Assembly: GCA_002069705.1 (NCBI GenBank)
Contig: MWBV01000004.1
Coordinates: 1-48,358 of the forward strand
Length of the DNA stretch: 48,358 nt
Direction of reading: 5' to 3'
From: Candidatus Diapherotrites archaeon ADurb.Bin253
Lineage (GTDB): Archaea; Nanobdellota; Nanobdellia; Pacearchaeales; GW2011-AR1
The notes under the pieces are model-generated. The model had not been told where the DNA came from and made no database searches. It saw nothing but the letters and a program-made list of their open reading frames with translations. The position numbers and the translations under genes are program-made. This document shows, one piece after another, positions 8,106 through 17,418 of the stretch. Every line of letters starts with the position of its first letter. Within the stretch, counting starts at the first letter, position 1.

Positions 8106-11100
8106 ATGGCAAAAATAATAAGAAAGAAAATAGGAGAAATGAAGTTCAGTTTATTTAGTCCTGAACAAATTAAAAAATTATCATGTGCTAAAATAGTTAC
8201 GCCTGAATTGTATGATATTGATGGATATCCTGTTGATGGTGGATTAATGGATTTAAGATTGGGTGCTGTTGATCCTGGAGTAAGATGTAGGACTTGTGGT
8301 GGAAGAATAAAAGAATGTTTAGGACACCCGGGAAGTATTGATTTGGCTAGACCATTGATTCATTTGAAATATGTTCCTTTAATTGAAATGGGTTTAAGAT
8401 GTTTTTGTAATGATTGTGGAAAATTAATGTTAAGTGAAAAGGATTTAGAAAAATACACTCCAAGTCAGAGAGCTAAAAAAGCTAAAGATGCAAAAAAATG
8501 CCCTTATTGTCAGGCAATTCAAGAAAGAGTTAGGCTTGATAAGCCAACAACATTTTATAGAGGAAAAGTAAGAATATTCCCAACTGAAATAAGGGAACTG
8601 CTTGTTAAAATACCTGATGAAGAATTAAGGAAAATAGGAGTAAATCCAAATGCATGCAGACCTGAATGGGCTGTTTTAACTTCACTTTTAGTTCCTCCTG
8701 TTACTGTTAGGCCTTCAATTATTCTTGAGACAGGTGAGAGAAGTGAAGATGATTTGACACACAAACTTTCAGATATAATTAGGGCCAATCAAAGATTATG
8801 GGAAAATCTAAATGCTGGTGCTCCTGAAGTTATTATAGAAGATTTATGGGATTTATTACAATTTCATATTACAACTTTCTTTGATAATACTGTTACAAGA
8901 ATTCCTCCTGCAAGACACAGAAGTGGTCAACCTTTAAAGACTATCACAGAAAGAATTAAAGGTAAAGAAGGAAGAATAAGAAAAAACATTGCAGGTAAGA
9001 GAGTAAATTATTCTGGTAGAACTGTTATTTCTCCTGATTCATCAATTGATATAAATGAAGTAGGTATTCCTTTTGAGATAGCAAGAATTGTAACTGTTGC
9101 AGAAACTGTTAATGATTTGAATTTGGAAAGACTAAAAAAATTAATTCAGAGAGGAGAAGAATATCCTGGTGCAAATTATGTTATAAGACCAGATGGAAAA
9201 AGAAAGAAGATTTCTATTGATTTAAAAGAAGAAATAATCAATGAGTTGTCTGCAGGTTATCAAGTGGAGAGACATTTGCAAGACGGAGATGTTGTTTTAT
9301 TTAACAGACATCCAAGTCTTCACAGAGGAAGCTTAATGGCACACTTTGTAAGAATTCTTCCAGGAAGAACATTTAGATTACATCCTGCTGCTGCAGCTCC
9401 ATATAATGCTGATTTTGATGGTGATGAGATGAACATACACTCTCCCCAGAATGAAGAAGCTAGAGCTGAAGCAAAAATACTTTTAGATGTTAAAAGAAAT
9501 TTAATTTCTCCTAAGAACAATACTAGTTTAATTGGATGTATTGGGGATGCAATAACTGGAAATTATTTAATGGGATTAGAAGAATTTCCAGTAGAGTATG
9601 CAAATCAATTACTTTTTAATTCAGAAGTAGATGCACAATTCACAAAGAAAACTGTTTCTGGAACAGAAATTTTCTCAAAGATACTTCCTAAGTTTAATTT
9701 TTCAAATGAATCTATGACTATAAAAGACGGAGAAATTGTGAAAGGGGTTATAGATAAGACCGCATTTGGAAGCGAGGATGGGGAATTAGTTAAAGTTCTT
9801 GATAAAACAATAGGAAGAGAAGAAACATTCAAGACAATAAAGAGAGCATTTAATTTAGGAAAAAATTATTTAAGTGGAAGAGGAATAACAATAGCAGTTA
9901 ATGATTTGGATTTAAATGAAGATATTCTTAAACATTGCGAGGAAGTTATTGAAAAAGCTCAGAAGAAAACTCAGGAAATAATTGATTCAGATAGAGATGG
10001 AACTCTTGAATTAATTCCTGGTAAAACAAAGGAAGAATCAAGGGAAATTAGAATACTTCAAACTCTTAATGAAGTAAGAACAAAAATAGGTGAAATTGTA
10101 AAGAGAGAATTCCCATCTGAAAATCCTGTTAGTAGTATGATTAAATCAGGTGGTGGAGGAAACATACTTAATATAACTCAGATGGCATCTTGTGTTGGAC
10201 AGCAGGCTCTTGGTAGCAAAAGAGTTGACTTTGGTTATAATGATAGGACATTATCTTTTTTCAAGAAAGGAGATTTATCTTCTAAGGCAAGAGGATTCAT
10301 TAAGAGTTCTTTTATAAGGGGATTAAAACCAGATGAATTTTTCTTCCAGGCAATTACAGGAAGAGATTCTCTTATGGATACTGGTTTAAGAACTCCTAAA
10401 TCAGGTTATTTATATAGAAGACTTGCTAGTGCTCTTCAAGATTTAAGAGTAGAGTATGATGAGACAGTAAGAGATAGCAATAATAATATAATTGAATTCA
10501 AATATGGTGATGATGGAATTGATGTAACTAAATTACATCTTAAGGAAAAACTTGATTCTGGTGAAGCAATAGGTATTGTTACTGCCCAATCTTTTGGTGA
10601 AGGTTCAACACAGATGGTATTGAGAACATTCCACATGGCAGGAGTATCTGAAATGCAGGTTACAACTGGTTTACCAAGATTAATTGAAATATTCGATGCA
10701 AGAAAGAAACCTTCTTCTCCTAAGATGGAAATTTATCTCAATAAAGAATTCAACAATGAAGATGGTGCAAGATTTGTTGCTGAGAAAATAAAAGAAGTCA
10801 AGCTTAAAGAAATTGCATCAGAAATTAATGTTGATTTTAGTGCAAGGAAGATAGAAATAAAAGTAGATAAAGAAGGATTAAAACAAGCACATTCTACAGT
10901 TAAGAAAGTAGTTGAGAAATTAAATGAACTAGGATTTAAGGTTAAGGAAAAGCAAGATTATATCTATTTAGATGCTGATGATAAAATTGGGTTTAAAGAT
11001 TTGTATAAGTTAAAAGAAAAACTCAAAGAAACAATAATTTCAGGAGTTAAAGGAGTTGAACAGATATTGGTTGTAAAGAGAGATAACAATTTTGTTATAA

Positions 11101-11597
11101 CAACTCTTGGAACAAATCTTAAAGAGATTATAACTATGAAAGAAGTTAATTCTTATAAAACAATTTCAAATGATTTCTATGAAGTTGCTGAGATATTTGG
11201 AATAGAGGTTGCAAGAGAATTACTAATGCACGAGATAACTGAAGTTCTTAAGTCACAGGGATTAGATATTGATATAAGACATTTGAAACTTGTTACCGAC
11301 GCTATGACCAATTCAGGTGATATTAAAGGAGTTACAAGAATGGGAATTATTGCACAGAAGTCATCTATACTTGCAAGAGCTACATTTGAAACACCTGTAC
11401 CTCAATTTGTTAAGGCTACAGTAAAAGGTGGAAATGATAAATTATTGAGTGTAATAGAGAATATTATATTAAATCAACCAGTACCGGTTGGAACAGGATT
11501 ACCTGGATTACTTGTTAAAGTAATTGGACCTTTGACAAAAAAAGAATCTGAAAAAAAGACAGCAGATTCAAAGATTGTCAATAAAGTAAATAAGTGA
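8106..11597 (+). CDS. rpoA: DNA-directed RNA polymerase largest subunit, A' and A'' fused in one ORF (Rpo1)
   Basis: A' motifs (CRTC, GKRVNYSGRTVI, catalytic NADFDGD) and A'' motifs (GEAIG..AQSFGE..TQM.LRTFH, GLPRLIE, RATFE, PVPVGTG) lie in one 1163-aa frame. Confidence 0.97.
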   Translation: MAKIIRKKIGEMKFSLFSPEQIKKLSCAKIVTPELYDIDGYPVDGGLMDLRLGAVDPGVRCRTCGGRIKECLGHPGSIDLARPLIHLKYVPLIEMGLRCFCNDCGKLMLSEKDLEKYTPSQRAKKAKDAKKCPYCQAIQERVRLDKPTTFYRGKVRIFPTEIRELLVKIPDEELRKIGVNPNACRPEWAVLTSLLVPPVTVRPSIILETGERSEDDLTHKLSDIIRANQRLWENLNAGAPEVIIEDLWDLLQFHITTFFDNTVTRIPPARHRSGQPLKTITERIKGKEGRIRKNIAGKRVNYSGRTVISPDSSIDINEVGIPFEIARIVTVAETVNDLNLERLKKLIQRGEEYPGANYVIRPDGKRKKISIDLKEEIINELSAGYQVERHLQDGDVVLFNRHPSLHRGSLMAHFVRILPGRTFRLHPAAAAPYNADFDGDEMNIHSPQNEEARAEAKILLDVKRNLISPKNNTSLIGCIGDAITGNYLMGLEEFPVEYANQLLFNSEVDAQFTKKTVSGTEIFSKILPKFNFSNESMTIKDGEIVKGVIDKTAFGSEDGELVKVLDKTIGREETFKTIKRAFNLGKNYLSGRGITIAVNDLDLNEDILKHCEEVIEKAQKKTQEIIDSDRDGTLELIPGKTKEESREIRILQTLNEVRTKIGEIVKREFPSENPVSSMIKSGGGGNILNITQMASCVGQQALGSKRVDFGYNDRTLSFFKKGDLSSKARGFIKSSFIRGLKPDEFFFQAITGRDSLMDTGLRTPKSGYLYRRLASALQDLRVEYDETVRDSNNNIIEFKYGDDGIDVTKLHLKEKLDSGEAIGIVTAQSFGEGSTQMVLRTFHMAGVSEMQVTTGLPRLIEIFDARKKPSSPKMEIYLNKEFNNEDGARFVAEKIKEVKLKEIASEINVDFSARKIEIKVDKEGLKQAHSTVKKVVEKLNELGFKVKEKQDYIYLDADDKIGFKDLYKLKEKLKETIISGVKGVEQILVVKRDNNFVITTLGTNLKEIITMKEVNSYKTISNDFYEVAEIFGIEVARELLMHEITEVLKSQGLDIDIRHLKLVTDAMTNSGDIKGVTRMGIIAQKSSILARATFETPVPQFVKATVKGGNDKLLSVIENIILNQPVPVGTGLPGLLVKVIGPLTKKESEKKTADSKIVNKVNK

Positions 11598-11644
11598 TTA
11601 ATTGTCATCGACAGATTTATAAAAGCATTTCTTATTTAATAAAA

Positions 11645-12061
11645 ATGGTTAATACACTCGATATGAAAGACTTAAGGTATCTAAATCTTTTTGAAAGAGT
11701 CACAGGTATAAGAACACACTATTGTTTTGAATATAATAATACAATTATATTCTGTGTACCAAAAGAACTTGTTTCAAAGGCAATTGGTCCAGAAGTTAGA
11801 AATCTTAGGAGAATAAGCGAGATAATAAAAAAGAGAGTGAAAGTAATTGCAATACCTAGTAGTTCTCAAGATATAAAAAAATTTATTGAGTTAGTTGTGA
11901 GTCCAGTTACATTTAAGGATTTAGAAATTTCTGAGAATGAAATTGTTCTAAATGCTGGAGCACAAAGTAAGGCTGCATTAATTGGTCGTGAAAAAAGAAG
12001 ATTAATTGAAATGCAGAAGATAACAAAAGATTTTTTTAAAAAGGATTTCAGGATAATTTAA
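11645..12061 (+). CDS. nusA: Archaeal NusA (KH-domain transcription factor)
   Basis: LNLFE..TG, KAIG and ALIGR KH motifs; position downstream of rpoA. The ATG at 11645 is preferred over the track start at 11594. Confidence 0.9.
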   Translation: MVNTLDMKDLRYLNLFERVTGIRTHYCFEYNNTIIFCVPKELVSKAIGPEVRNLRRISEIIKKRVKVIAIPSSSQDIKKFIELVVSPVTFKDLEISENEIVLNAGAQSKAALIGREKRRLIEMQKITKDFFKKDFRII

Positions 12062-12082
12062 ATAATATTTTATTTTTACACA

Positions 12083-12403
12083 ATGGAATATAATATAGAT
12101 GATAAAAATTACAGAATAGAAGCAAAAGGTTCAGAGAAAGAGATAAAGAAATTTGCAAGATGCCTTGTGGAGACCATAAATAAACATTATCTTGGCGAAT
12201 TTGATTTATATAAATCTAGAGTCGCTTCAGAACCAGTGCAATACAATCCAACTGCTTATGAAAGAATTTATTTAAGTAATAATTCATTATTATATCTTCC
12301 AAATATTAATGAAGAAAATGGTAAGAAATTTCATTTTAATATTTTAATGATACATTACAAAAAAGCCAGAGAGAAATTTGAAAAAATTAGTGAGAGCTTT
12401 TAA
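12083..12403 (+). CDS. Hypothetical protein
   Basis: 106-aa ATG-started ORF filling the nusA-rps12 gap; no family recognised. Confidence 0.65.
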   Translation: MEYNIDDKNYRIEAKGSEKEIKKFARCLVETINKHYLGEFDLYKSRVASEPVQYNPTAYERIYLSNNSLLYLPNINEENGKKFHFNILMIHYKKAREKFEKISESF

Positions 12404-12410
12404 AAACAAG

Positions 12411-12430
12411 ATAGGTAAGGTTTTTAAACT
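12411..12430 (+). promoter_or_regulatory. Putative TATA box upstream of rps12
   Basis: aaggtttttaaact ends about 33 nt before the ATG. Confidence 0.45.
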
Positions 12431-12462
12431 AATTTCCTGATAATAGATAATTAATAATTCAA

Positions 12463-12885
12463 ATGGGATTAAAAAGTGCAATTAAAAAAAAGAAAGATAG
12501 GAAGAAATTCCAATGGAAAGATAGAAAATTTAAAGTTAGAACTCTAAATCTTTATGCTAAATCTGATCCTTTAGAGGGTGCAAATCAGGCTAAAGGAATT
12601 GTTCTTTCTAAAGTTCAAAAAGAAGCTAAACAGCCAAATTCAGCAATGAGAAAGTGCTGCAAAGTCCAGCTTACAAAGAATGGAAGAACTGTTACTGCAT
12701 TTATTCCAGGTAATTTAGCTCAGAAGTTTATAGATGAACACGATGAAGTTATGATTGAAAGAATTGGTGGAAAACAAGGAAGAAGCAAAGGAGATATTCC
12801 TGGAGTTAGATATGCTGTTATTAAAGTAAATGACCAACCTCTTGAGAGATTATGGCTTGGAAAGATACAGAAGGGTAGAAGATAA
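12463..12885 (+). CDS. rps12: Ribosomal protein uS12
   Basis: [16 protein letters not shown] and GDIPGVRY motifs. Confidence 0.98.
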   Translation: MGLKSAIKKKKDRKKFQWKDRKFKVRTLNLYAKSDPLEGANQAKGIVLSKVQKEAKQPNSAMRKCCKVQLTKNGRTVTAFIPGNLAQKFIDEHDEVMIERIGGKQGRSKGDIPGVRYAVIKVNDQPLERLWLGKIQKGRR

Positions 12886-12886
12886 A

Positions 12887-13153
12887 ATGGCTGAACAAAT
12901 AAAATTCCACGAGAGATATTATGAAGATGTTAAAAGATATCTGAATAGTCATAAGGAGTTACATCCCGGTAATTCATTTGGAGTCGATGGAAAACTTTAT
13001 TTGACTAATGGTAGAAAAAAACCTAGTGGATTTGTTCTTCAAAGATGTTGTGAAGAACCAAGTGAAATAATGTTATCTGTGATAAATTATCATCCTAGTT
13101 TCAACCAAATTAAATCAGATCTTCAAAAGATTATAGAGAGTAAGAATGAGTGA
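12887..13153 (+). CDS. Hypothetical protein between rps12 and rps7
   Basis: 88 aa from the ATG at 12887, 1 nt after the rps12 stop. Its stop overlaps the rps7 start by 8 nt. Confidence 0.7.
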   Translation: MAEQIKFHERYYEDVKRYLNSHKELHPGNSFGVDGKLYLTNGRKKPSGFVLQRCCEEPSEIMLSVINYHPSFNQIKSDLQKIIESKNE

Positions 13154-13754
13154 GCAAACAACCAATTTAAAGATATTTGATAAGTATGACATTTCTACAA
13201 TCCAGATACAGGATGAAGGATTAAAATCTGCTATTAATTTGAAACCTAAATTAGTTCTTAAAAATCAAGGTAGAGGTGTTGGAAAATTCAGTCAAACAAA
13301 AGTGAATATTGTTGAGAGATTAATGAATAAAATTTCAGTTGCAGGACATAGAGGTAAGAAACATAGACTTGAAAAGGGAAATGCAACAGGAAAATACACT
13401 AAAAATATGAAGATTACCCTTGATGTTTTGGAAATAATTGAAAAAAAGACAAACAAGAATCCTGTTGAAGTGTTGGTAAGAGCTGTTGAAAATTCTGCTC
13501 CAAGAGATGAAACAACAGTAATTGAATATGGTGGGGCAAGATATCCTCAGGCAGTTGATGTTTCTCCTGTAAGAAGAGTTAATCTTGCACTTAAACATTT
13601 AGTTCATGGAGCATCTGATAAGGCATTCAATAAGAAAAAAACAATTACTCAGACTCTAGCAGAAGAAATAATAATGGCTGCTGAGAATAATGGTGAAAGC
13701 TTAGCTGTGAGGAAGAAGAAAGAATCTGAAGCTCAAGCTGATTCTGCTCGTTAA
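13146..13754 (+). CDS. rps7: Ribosomal protein uS7
   Basis: IVERL.N, NPVEVLVRAVENSAPRDE, YGG..Y.QAVDVSP.RR and ADSAR C-terminus. Confidence 0.98.
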   Translation: MSEQTTNLKIFDKYDISTIQIQDEGLKSAINLKPKLVLKNQGRGVGKFSQTKVNIVERLMNKISVAGHRGKKHRLEKGNATGKYTKNMKITLDVLEIIEKKTNKNPVEVLVRAVENSAPRDETTVIEYGGARYPQAVDVSPVRRVNLALKHLVHGASDKAFNKKKTITQTLAEEIIMAAENNGESLAVRKKKESEAQADSAR

Positions 13755-13852
13755 GCTTCATATTCATAAGTCCTCACTTTGTTGCGGTGTTCTCATTCTT
13801 CGAACAGAAGTAATCTGAAGCTCAAGCTGATTCTGCTCGTTAAGCTTCATAT
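13723..13852 (+). repeat. 41-bp direct repeat of the rps7 3' end, separated by a 48-nt filler
   Basis: aatctgaagctcaagctgattctgctcgttaagcttcatat occurs at 13723-13763 and 13812-13852. Confidence 0.95.
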
Positions 13853-13903
13853 GTCTTATTATTATAGTAATTATTAAAAACTATAATTTATGTTTGTATA
13901 AAT

Positions 13904-14170
13904 ATGACTTATAAGATACCTAATTTACAAGATGTTGAAAGAGAAATAAAGGAATTTTTAGTTAAGAAAGATAGATTTTATTTTAGAAATATTTATCCTA
14001 TTTTATCTTATTCTTCAAAAGAAGGATATTACACAGTTAAAATTGTTGCTCAAGATAAAAAGATTGGGGTTAATTTGAAAGATTATTTTGATAGGACATT
14101 TAAATCTGGGTTTGGAAAAGAAGAATTAGAAACTCTTTTAGAAAAAAATCATGTTAAATTGATTATTTGA
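13904..14170 (+). CDS. Hypothetical protein
   Basis: 88-aa ATG-started ORF between rps7 and EF-2, preceded by a TTAAAAA box. Confidence 0.6.
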   Translation: MTYKIPNLQDVEREIKEFLVKKDRFYFRNIYPILSYSSKEGYYTVKIVAQDKKIGVNLKDYFDRTFKSGFGKEELETLLEKNHVKLII

Positions 14171-14182
14171 TTAGAAAATATT

Positions 14183-14199
14183 GAAAAGATTTAAAAACT
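14183..14199 (+). promoter_or_regulatory. Putative BRE/TATA promoter of EF-2
   Basis: gaaaagatttaaaaact ends about 34 nt before the ATG. Confidence 0.5.
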
Positions 14200-14232
14200 A
14201 TTTTTATCAACTTTAATAATTAGCAACATAAA

Positions 14233-16431
14233 ATGGCAGAAAAAGAAACAAGTTTAGATAAGATTAGAAGATTGGTTTCTAATCAGAATAATATAAGAAA
14301 TGTAGCTACAAGTGCACATATTCACCATGGTAAGACAGCTTTTACAGATAATTTGCTGGCTGCTGCAGGTATGATGGCTGCAAAGAATGCTGGAGATTTG
14401 GAAGAGGGTATGGCAACATGGCAACATTCAGATGAACAAGAGAGATTGATGACTGTTGATGCTGCAAATGTTTCTATGGTTCACAATTATCAAGGAGAAG
14501 AATATTTGGTTAATTTGATTGATACTCCTGGGCACGTTGATTTTGGTGGAAATGTTACAAGAGCTATGAGAGCTATTGATGGTACATTTGTTTTAGTGTG
14601 TGCAGTTGAAGGAATAATGCCACAAACAGAGACAGTTATAAGACAGGCTCTTAAAGAAAGAGTTAAACCTGTTCTTTTTATTAATAAAGTTGACAGATTA
14701 ATCAATGAATTACAAGTAACTCCTGAACAAATGCAGGAACGTTTCAAAAAAATAATTGAAAAATTCAATCATTTAATTGACCAGATTGCTGAAAAGGAAT
14801 TTGCAAGCAAGTTTAAAGTTAATGTTACTGACGGTAGTGTTGCATTTGGTTCTGCAAGAGAAAACTGGGCTTTGTCAATTCCATTTATGATGAAGAAAAA
14901 AATAAGTTTCAAAGATATTTACAAATTATATGATGGAACTTTGTCTCATGAAGAGAGAGACAAATGGGTATGGGAACATGCGCCACTATATGAAGTTATT
15001 TTAGATATGGCAATTAAGCATTTACCTAATCCAATAGAAGCTCAATCTTACAGAATTCCTAAAATATGGAGAGGAGATTTGGAAAGTGATTTTGGAAAAG
15101 ATTTGATTAAATGTGATAAAGATGGAGAACTTGGATTTGTTATAACAAGAATTGTTATTGATCCTCGTTCAGGAAAAGAAATTTCTGCTGGTAGATTATA
15201 TTCTGGTACACTTAAGAGTGGAATGGATGTATATGCAAATAATGCAAAAAAGCCAGGTAAAATTCAACAGGTTTTGGTTTATAATGGTATAAAACCAGAA
15301 CAATTAGAGAGTGTTCCTGCAGGAAATGTTCTTGCAGTAAGTGGATTAAATCTTGATGTTGGTGAAACAATCACAACCAAAGAGCAAACTGCATTTGAAG
15401 AAATAAAACACATATTCCAACCTGTAATTACAAAGTCAATTGAAGTTATAAAAACAGCTGATTTACCTAAACTAATTGAAATCTTAAGAAAAGTTTCAAA
15501 GGAAGACCCTTCAATTAAAGTTACTATTAATGAAGAAACAGGTGAAAGTTTAATTTCTGGAATGGGAGAATTGCATCTTGAAATAATTGAGAACAGAATT
15601 AAAACAGAAAAAGGACTTGATGTTAAAACTTCTAATCCAATTGTTGTATATAGAGAATCTGTTGGAAAGAGTTCAGGACAAGCATTTGAAGGAAAAAGTC
15701 CAAATAAGCATAATAGTTTCTTTATCAGAGTTGAACCTCTTGATGATGAATTGTCTGATTTAATTGATAAAGGAGAACTTCCAGAAGGAAGAATGAAGAA
15801 AAAGAACGATGTTGTTGTAAGTACTCTTTCAAAGATTGGATGGGGAAGCGATGAAATAAGAAATGTTAAAGATATCTATAAAGGGAATATGTTTTTCGAC
15901 GAGACAAGAGGAGAAGTTCATATTGGTGAAGTTATTGAAATGATACTGGATGCATTTGAAATGGTTATGGATCAGGGACCTTTGGCAAGAGAACCTTGTA
16001 TGAGAATGAAAGTAACACTTGAAGATATTAAACTTCATGAAGATGCTATTCACAGAGGACCAGCTCAGGTTTATCCTGCTGTAAGAGAGGCCATAACTGA
16101 AGCAATGAAAAGTGCAAATGCTACTCTTCTTGAACCTTTACAAATTCATTTAATTGAAGTTCCAGAAATGTTTATGGGTGCTGCTACAAAACTTGTTGGT
16201 GGAAAGAGAGGACAACTTTTAGATATGACTCAGGAAGCTGGACAAGCTCAATTAAAGGCAAAGATTCCAGTAGCTGAAATGATTGGATGGAGTTCTGATT
16301 TAAGGAGTGCAACTGAAGGAAGAGGAACATCTTCGCTAGTTGACCAGCACTTTGAAAGAATACCTGTTGCATTACAAGCAGATGTTATAAAGAAGATTAG
16401 AGATAGAAAAGGATTAGCTGAGAATCAGTAA
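14233..16431 (+). CDS. fusA: Translation elongation factor 2 (aEF-2)
   Basis: IRNV...AHIHHGKT, NLIDTPGHVDF, INKVDR, GMGELHLE, the diphthamide loop HEDAIHRGPAQ, and LRSATEGRG. Confidence 0.98.
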   Translation: MAEKETSLDKIRRLVSNQNNIRNVATSAHIHHGKTAFTDNLLAAAGMMAAKNAGDLEEGMATWQHSDEQERLMTVDAANVSMVHNYQGEEYLVNLIDTPGHVDFGGNVTRAMRAIDGTFVLVCAVEGIMPQTETVIRQALKERVKPVLFINKVDRLINELQVTPEQMQERFKKIIEKFNHLIDQIAEKEFASKFKVNVTDGSVAFGSARENWALSIPFMMKKKISFKDIYKLYDGTLSHEERDKWVWEHAPLYEVILDMAIKHLPNPIEAQSYRIPKIWRGDLESDFGKDLIKCDKDGELGFVITRIVIDPRSGKEISAGRLYSGTLKSGMDVYANNAKKPGKIQQVLVYNGIKPEQLESVPAGNVLAVSGLNLDVGETITTKEQTAFEEIKHIFQPVITKSIEVIKTADLPKLIEILRKVSKEDPSIKVTINEETGESLISGMGELHLEIIENRIKTEKGLDVKTSNPIVVYRESVGKSSGQAFEGKSPNKHNSFFIRVEPLDDELSDLIDKGELPEGRMKKKNDVVVSTLSKIGWGSDEIRNVKDIYKGNMFFDETRGEVHIGEVIEMILDAFEMVMDQGPLAREPCMRMKVTLEDIKLHEDAIHRGPAQVYPAVREAITEAMKSANATLLEPLQIHLIEVPEMFMGAATKLVGGKRGQLLDMTQEAGQAQLKAKIPVAEMIGWSSDLRSATEGRGTSSLVDQHFERIPVALQADVIKKIRDRKGLAENQ

Positions 16432-16472
16432 ACAGTAAATTTTTTAAATCATTTATTTCTTGAAAAAATCAT

Positions 16473-16925
16473 ATGGAAAAAATTACATTTAAATTACCAC
16501 AAATTATCTTTACTGAAAGTGGATTGAACAGATACAATTATCTTGAAAGAATTGCATCAAATTCAAATGAACCCAAAGTTAATTTAACATTTCAGGAAGA
16601 TAGTGGAGAAGATAGCAGAATCATTGCAATAAAATATCAAGTAGAAGGAGAAGAAGGGAATGATGTTTTATATTATTCTGAAGGAGCACATAGATTTTCT
16701 ATAACAACTGCTAATTTGAGATTTCCTTATATTGGGAGAGTTCTTGTTCGCGATAGAAATAATCACAAGATAGGTGTTGATTTTGAAAACTTTTTTAAAA
16801 AAGATTTAAGACAAAGGCATATTAATAAAATAAATAAGAGAGGAAATATTATAAAAAATTTGAGTCCTGAATATGTTGCAAAAAGGTATAAGGATATTTT
16901 TTATAGATTGAATATTCAAGATTAA
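16473..16925 (+). CDS. Hypothetical protein
   Basis: 150-aa ATG-started ORF; no family recognised. Confidence 0.65.
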   Translation: MEKITFKLPQIIFTESGLNRYNYLERIASNSNEPKVNLTFQEDSGEDSRIIAIKYQVEGEEGNDVLYYSEGAHRFSITTANLRFPYIGRVLVRDRNNHKIGVDFENFFKKDLRQRHINKINKRGNIIKNLSPEYVAKRYKDIFYRLNIQD

Positions 16926-16958
16926 ATTTATAAATAATTTTTTTAATATATATTTTAT

Positions 16959-17282
16959 ATGAATTGGAAAAAAATTCCATATTATATTCCTGGAGTTGGT
17001 TTAGCTACTCATACTGTGAGAGAATATAAATTAAGAAAAGGGAAAAATCCTTGGTATAATCTTAAAGAACCTCGAGATAGAAAAGCTTTGGCTAATTATT
17101 TAGTACAAGTAGGTTATCTGAGTTTTGCAATACTTTGGAAAGTTTACGTCGGTTCTTATTTAGGAAAAGGAATTAATACTGGAGATTGGCATCCATTTAG
17201 ATTTGATTCTAAAAATAAAATTGAATCAAATATAGAAGATAAAATTAAGAAAAGTAACAGTTTGGAAAGTATTTTCCGTTGA
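16959..17282 (+). CDS. Hypothetical protein, probably with one transmembrane segment
   Basis: 107 aa with a hydrophobic stretch (YLVQVGYLSFAILWKVYVG). Confidence 0.6.
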   Translation: MNWKKIPYYIPGVGLATHTVREYKLRKGKNPWYNLKEPRDRKALANYLVQVGYLSFAILWKVYVGSYLGKGINTGDWHPFRFDSKNKIESNIEDKIKKSNSLESIFR

Positions 17283-17332
17283 TAAATTAGAATTTCATAA
17301 ATTCTATAAAATAATATATAAGAAATAAAATC

Positions 17333-17348
17333 AAAAAGTTTATAAACT
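17333..17348 (+). promoter_or_regulatory. Putative BRE/TATA promoter of EF-1A
   Basis: aaaaagtttataaact, containing the palindrome AGTTTATAAACT, about 70 nt upstream of the ATG. Confidence 0.45.
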
Positions 17349-17418
17349 AACTTTTTTATTAACTAATTTATAGTTAAAGTGAAATTAATATTTCACTGAA
17401 TCTATTTAAGGTAACAAA

